Positions 60,374 through 64,000 of a stretch of DNA of 64,000 bases are shown here, one piece after another. Within the stretch, counting starts at the first letter, position 1; every line of letters starts with the position of its first letter. Made by a program: the position numbers and the translations under genes. Below the pieces are notes generated by a model. That model did no database searches. It saw nothing but the letters and a program-made list of their open reading frames with translations, and was not told the DNA's origin. Origin of the DNA: a virus; IMG/VR virus record IMGVR_UViG_3300032288_004534, positions 6,406 to 70,405 of that record, one strand, 5' to 3'.

Positions 60374-60612
60374 CAGATAGGAAGCCTTGGTTCGTTTTGA
60401 CGCCGCTTTAGAAGATTCAAATTGGTAGCTTCACTGGTCAATATCTTTTTAATTCGTGGTGATATCAAACGTGGTACCATTTCAAGTTCTAAACCTGAAT
60501 TTTCGCATACATGCATAATCGCATCAAGATATGATATATTTTTCTCGGCGACTGTACGCTCAATCGTGGATATGAATCTTTCCTGAGTCATAATTGTCAA
60601 TTCAGGATTCAT
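60373..60612 (-). CDS. 33: Late transcription coactivator gp33
   Basis: Start reassigned to MNPEL; F...IE..V....ISYLDA....CE...LE, EA..LNLL. Confidence 0.82.
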   Translation of the reverse strand: MNPELTIMTQERFISTIERTVAEKNISYLDAIMHVCENSGLELEMVPRLISPRIKKILTSEATNLNLLKRRQNEPRLPI

Positions 60613-60988
60613 TATTTGTATCCTGTTTGGCCATTGCTGCAACAAAACCACCAACATCTTTACGCACAATATCAATCGATTCCATATGCTGCGGCCAATA
60701 GATTTCAAGTGCCTGAGCATCTTGCGTGCATACAAAACAATGCACTTCATTTGGTGGTACAGCGGTGAAATCACCAGGCCGAAGCACGGTCACATCTGTC
60801 AAACCATATTGCTTTTCAGTATGGATTTCAATGATACCACTAATCACATAGAATCCATTCCAACGATGTTGATGACTATGAAGCGAACACCGAAAGCCTG
60901 CCTTTGTATTGATGCGATGTACCTCTACATTAGGACTGGTGAACAAATCTTCAGTGTCACCCCAAATTTTACCAATCTTCATAATCAA
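60602..60988 (-). CDS. Cupin protein (sugar isomerase-like)
   Basis: K.WG, CSLHSH, L.PGD...VPP..VH.F. Confidence 0.78.
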   Translation of the reverse strand: MIMKIGKIWGDTEDLFTSPNVEVHRINTKAGFRCSLHSHQHRWNGFYVISGIIEIHTEKQYGLTDVTVLRPGDFTAVPPNEVHCFVCTQDAQALEIYWPQHMESIDIVRKDVGGFVAAMAKQDTNNES

Positions 60989-61803
60989 ACTCCTTTCTTC
61001 ACAACATAATCTATCTCAAGTAGCTTCTCAAGTACAGGGCAAAATTTGGCTAAGTGAAGCATATTAGGTCCATCGCATGGAGCATTATCAGGATCCTGAT
61101 GAACTTCCATGAACACACCAGCTACACCAACAGCCACGGCAGCACGAGCAATCGCAGGTACCATGTCACGATCACCACCGGATGATGTACCATATCCACC
61201 TGGCGATTGCACTGCATGAGTGCAATCCATTATGACAGGATAATTAGCAGGAGTATTAGCACGCATAAGCTCTAAGCTTCTCATGTCAACCACAAGATTA
61301 TTATAACCAAATGTCGTGCCACGCTCAGTCTGCATTACCTTATTGCAACCAAATGATTCCAGCTTTGCGACAATATTAACCATCTCTTTCGGAGACAGAA
61401 ACTGGCCTTTCTTCACATTTACAGGCTTGCCGGTCTCGGCCGCGGCTTTAAGAAGATCAGTCTGCCGACATAAAAATGCGGGAATCTGTAATATATCGGC
61501 TGCTACAGATTCGCATTGCCAAGGTTCATGAACATCGGTAAGAACTTCGACACCGAGAACCTCTCTAACCGCATTCATACCATAATAGGCTTCATCAAAT
61601 CCTACACCTCGATAAGATAGGCTGCTAGTGCGATTAGCCTTATCGAAAGATGTCTTATAGATAAAATTTACATCTAGTAAAGAACATATCTCTTTTAGCG
61701 CACCTGCCATATCAAGCGCATGTTGCTTCGATTCAAATATGCAAGGCCCAGCTATTACACTAAGCCTTGCTTCATTACGACATACATCATAAAAAGATGA
61801 CAT
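60985..61803 (-). CDS. kdsA: KDO-8-phosphate synthase
   Basis: IAGPC, SFDKANRTS, QIPAFLCRQTDL, KKGQF, ERG.TFGY, D.THAVQ, FMEVH.DPD.A..DG. Confidence 0.95.
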   Translation of the reverse strand: MSSFYDVCRNEARLSVIAGPCIFESKQHALDMAGALKEICSLLDVNFIYKTSFDKANRTSSLSYRGVGFDEAYYGMNAVREVLGVEVLTDVHEPWQCESVAADILQIPAFLCRQTDLLKAAAETGKPVNVKKGQFLSPKEMVNIVAKLESFGCNKVMQTERGTTFGYNNLVVDMRSLELMRANTPANYPVIMDCTHAVQSPGGYGTSSGGDRDMVPAIARAAVAVGVAGVFMEVHQDPDNAPCDGPNMLHLAKFCPVLEKLLEIDYVVKKGV

Positions 61804-61804
61804 T

Positions 61805-62395
61805 TTATCTCCTATAGAAAAGGTGAGATCCTATTCTGATTGCATTTCTGGTATGGCCAGCCGATCCTGAGATTGCATGAAAGCGAGTTGCACCATCCGT
61901 GATATCAGGTTTGTTACCGGACATGACTTGAAATGCTAGATCATTTGCCATTTGCCATTGAGGATCATCATAGCGCGGGATTCTATTGCCTACTTTGCAA
62001 TAATATTCGAATTGACAAGTGGTTCTAGTTTTTTGACGCGTAACTTCGCATACGGTCTTTGGGTAATCTGGGTCTGAAACCCTATTCATAATAACATTAG
62101 CCACTGCTAACATGCCAACATATCTTTCACCACGCGCTTCATAGTATATAGCGTGGGCCAGACAATGCATATCTGCTTGACTTATTGTGAAAATATCAAA
62201 TTCTGGTGGTGCTACATCAAGCTCCAAATCATTAATTGAGAGCGATACATTTACGGTTGGTTCACCGTAATATTGTTGCACCACGATAGGTTGGGCTGGG
62301 GCTGCATCAGCCCCATGAATGATATCGATAGCAAAAGCGGTCAATACCGCACCAATCAGCGCGCCCAAGGCAACGCTTAATATCCTTTCCATCAA
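61805..62395 (-). CDS. SleB-like cell wall hydrolase with N-terminal TM/signal
   Basis: CLA.AIYYEARGE, AVANVI.NRV, YP.TVC.V, CQF, GAT.FH, IGSHLFY. Confidence 0.9.
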   Translation of the reverse strand: MMERILSVALGALIGAVLTAFAIDIIHGADAAPAQPIVVQQYYGEPTVNVSLSINDLELDVAPPEFDIFTISQADMHCLAHAIYYEARGERYVGMLAVANVIMNRVSDPDYPKTVCEVTRQKTRTTCQFEYYCKVGNRIPRYDDPQWQMANDLAFQVMSGNKPDITDGATRFHAISGSAGHTRNAIRIGSHLFYRR

Positions 62396-62445
62396 GGGAG
62401 TTATCCTTCTGTTGTTGATCCTGGCATCATGTAGTCATGAAAGTC

Positions 62446-62686
62446 AGGTGGGGAGCTTCTGTTGCCCGGTGCTCCCCAAACCGCGCTTACCTATTTTAGG
62501 CAGCGAGTGCGACGGCAAAGCCGTTGTCATTGGCACTTATCAATAGCGATTAGGTCGCTAGCCGTCATCTCCGGTCAACCTTTACCATGCACGTCGATTC
62601 TGTTTCAGCCCCATAAAAATGGTGGAGCTGCGCGGCACTGCCCCGCGGTCCGTTACATCTATTCTGTCGCCATCAACGATGACAAT
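62446..62686 (-). ncRNA. ssrA: Circularly permuted (two-piece) tmRNA
   Basis: T-arm CGCGG-GGCAGTG-CCGCG, then CAGCTCCACCA (CCA 62622-62620), a 7-nt spacer, then GGGGCTG (from 62612) forming a G3-U acceptor stem. Tag frame 62534-62496 reads ANDNGFAVALAA*. Ends approximate. Confidence 0.93.
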
Positions 62687-62688
62687 AC

Positions 62689-62719
62689 TACTTATACAGG
62701 GTTGTGTTTATAAAGTCAA
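62689..62719 (-). promoter_or_regulatory. Composite sigma70/late promoter of tmRNA
   Basis: TTGACT-N17-TATAAG(TA), with TG before the -10. Confidence 0.7.
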
Positions 62720-63378
62720 CGGCTATTTTCGTAATAATCGGCTATCACACCGTATAGCTGGTCGACATATTTGGCACGAAACCTACAAAACATCTGAGGC
62801 TTAGGTTCACCATCAACACCAATCAATATCACAATACCTGGTATGATGGTGCTAGTCAATTCCTCAAACATGATAGAATAAGCTGTGGCTTGAAGGAGGT
62901 AATTGTCTATATGTTCTTCGCTTTTTAGCCTTTTTGATGTTTTGAAGTCAATAATACAATTTACACCAGCCCATTTACCGACCAAATCACATCTGCCAGC
63001 CACACCTAGCTTATGTGAATACAAAGGGGCCTCTAGAGCATAGACAGTCTGTAGATACTTATCCACATATGGATGCATGGTAGCAAACATCTCGCGGTTA
63101 ACCAGATCACCGGTGATAGGATCACCCATGATCCAGTCTTCCATCATCTTGTGGATCGAAGTGCCGCGGCGAGATGCTTGTGCTGATACCTTATTTGCTT
63201 CCTGTTCGCCGACTCGTGCGCGCCATTCAGCTATAAGCTTTTTCTTTTCAGGTCTAGCACCCAAGACAGTGGTGATAGAAGGATAGGCGCGGCCGCCAGG
63301 TACATTATACATGCGGCCGCGCTCTGTTTGCGTAGCAGTTAACTCTGGTAAATTTACCAGCTCATTATGAAATCTCAC
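62716..63378 (-). CDS. PD-(D/E)XK exonuclease
   Basis: YPSITTVL, RGT.IH, E..LY, AGRCD, IIDFKTS, Q.TAY. Confidence 0.88.
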   Translation of the reverse strand: MRFHNELVNLPELTATQTERGRMYNVPGGRAYPSITTVLGARPEKKKLIAEWRARVGEQEANKVSAQASRRGTSIHKMMEDWIMGDPITGDLVNREMFATMHPYVDKYLQTVYALEAPLYSHKLGVAGRCDLVGKWAGVNCIIDFKTSKRLKSEEHIDNYLLQATAYSIMFEELTSTIIPGIVILIGVDGEPKPQMFCRFRAKYVDQLYGVIADYYENSR

Positions 63379-64000
63379 ACAATTCCTTCTTCCAACTTCG
63401 CCTCAATATATTCTTTCACCAAAGCAGACCTAACAATATCATCTTTAGTAAATTCCACGCGCGCGAAGCTACGCATATGATTTATGACCGACATAAAGCG
63501 GTGCAGTCCTTCCCGCTCGTCGTTTCGCCAGAGGTCACTCTGACGAAAATCACCACAAAAGATCACCCTACAACCGGTTCCCATTCGTGTGATGACCGAA
63601 TCCAGCTCATGAAAGGTCATATTCTGACATTCATCGACAATTACTATATTATCTCGGAATGTAAGACCGCGCAAGAATGATGTTGTAGCAAATTGTACCG
63701 TACCATCGCGCTTTAATATGTCATAAGCGGTGCTACGACCAAACATCTCATTACAGATAGCAGCATATGGCTCCTCATAAACAGCTGATTTCTCTTTTTG
63801 TGAGCCGGGTAAGAAGCCGATATCGCGTGTAGGGACTACAGAACGGATTATGACTACTGGTTTTGGTGCTTCTCCACTCAAAACCGATCTGAGTGCAAGA
63901 TAAAGTGAGATATAAGTCTTACCAGTACCGGCCACACCATGAAGAATCAAGTTCTTTTCATCATCAAAGGCTGAAAATGTTCGAGCCTGGCCTGCGGTAA
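63375..64000 (-). CDS. phoH: PhoH-like ATPase (5' end outside window)
   Basis: G.AGTGKT, RS.V, IGFLPG, SFLRG.T, DE.QN, GD..Q.D, DIVRS; frame stays open to the window edge. Confidence 0.92.
   Translation of the reverse strand, partial: TAGQARTFSAFDDEKNLILHGVAGTGKTYISLYLALRSVLSGEAPKPVVIIRSVVPTRDIGFLPGSQKEKSAVYEEPYAAICNEMFGRSTAYDILKRDGTVQFATTSFLRGLTFRDNIVIVDECQNMTFHELDSVITRMGTGCRVIFCGDFRQSDLWRNDEREGLHRFMSVINHMRSFARVEFTKDDIVRSALVKEYIEAKLEEGIV

Noticed and set aside
62612-62650. Stand-alone tRNA
   Set aside because: No anticodon arm; it is the tRNA-like domain of the tmRNA. ORFs 62462-62713 and 62619-62804 are spurious.
150-63950. Stop-codon reassignment, introns or inteins
   Set aside because: Core genes are full length in the standard code, all three stop codons end genes, and no insertions interrupt gp17, gp20 or uvsW.

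Overview
64 kb of a large T4-like myovirus genome with no host DNA. It holds almost the whole virion module on the minus strand (gp3, gp23-gp13, gp8/7/6/25/5/27/53/48), a plus-strand block (gp4, gp2, gp54, gp26, gp51, two tape-measure-like genes) and flanking replication/transcription genes (gp55 start, uvsW, uvsY, gp32, gp59, gp33, exonuclease, phoH). A permuted two-piece tmRNA (tag ANDNGFAVALAA) points to an alphaproteobacterial host. The best candidate for an undescribed system is a virion glycosylation/modification system. It consists of a cassette (three glycosyltransferase-like genes, a 2OG-Fe(II)-type oxygenase with H-x-N, a methyltransferase-like gene) closely linked to a Tyr/Gly/Ser/Thr tetrapeptide-repeat protein. 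Alongside it, a [A/S/G]-N-[T/S] motif is strongly enriched in exterior virion proteins and nearly absent from internal and non-structural ones. Other highlights: a 2613-aa repeat fibre and a TctC/Bug solute-binding gene between portal and prohead-core genes, a likely -1 frameshift joining gp26 to gp51, a near-perfect sigma70 promoter firing antisense over the gp55 start, and a kdsA/cupin/FkbM module. All calls come from motif recognition and synteny by eye; no searches were run.
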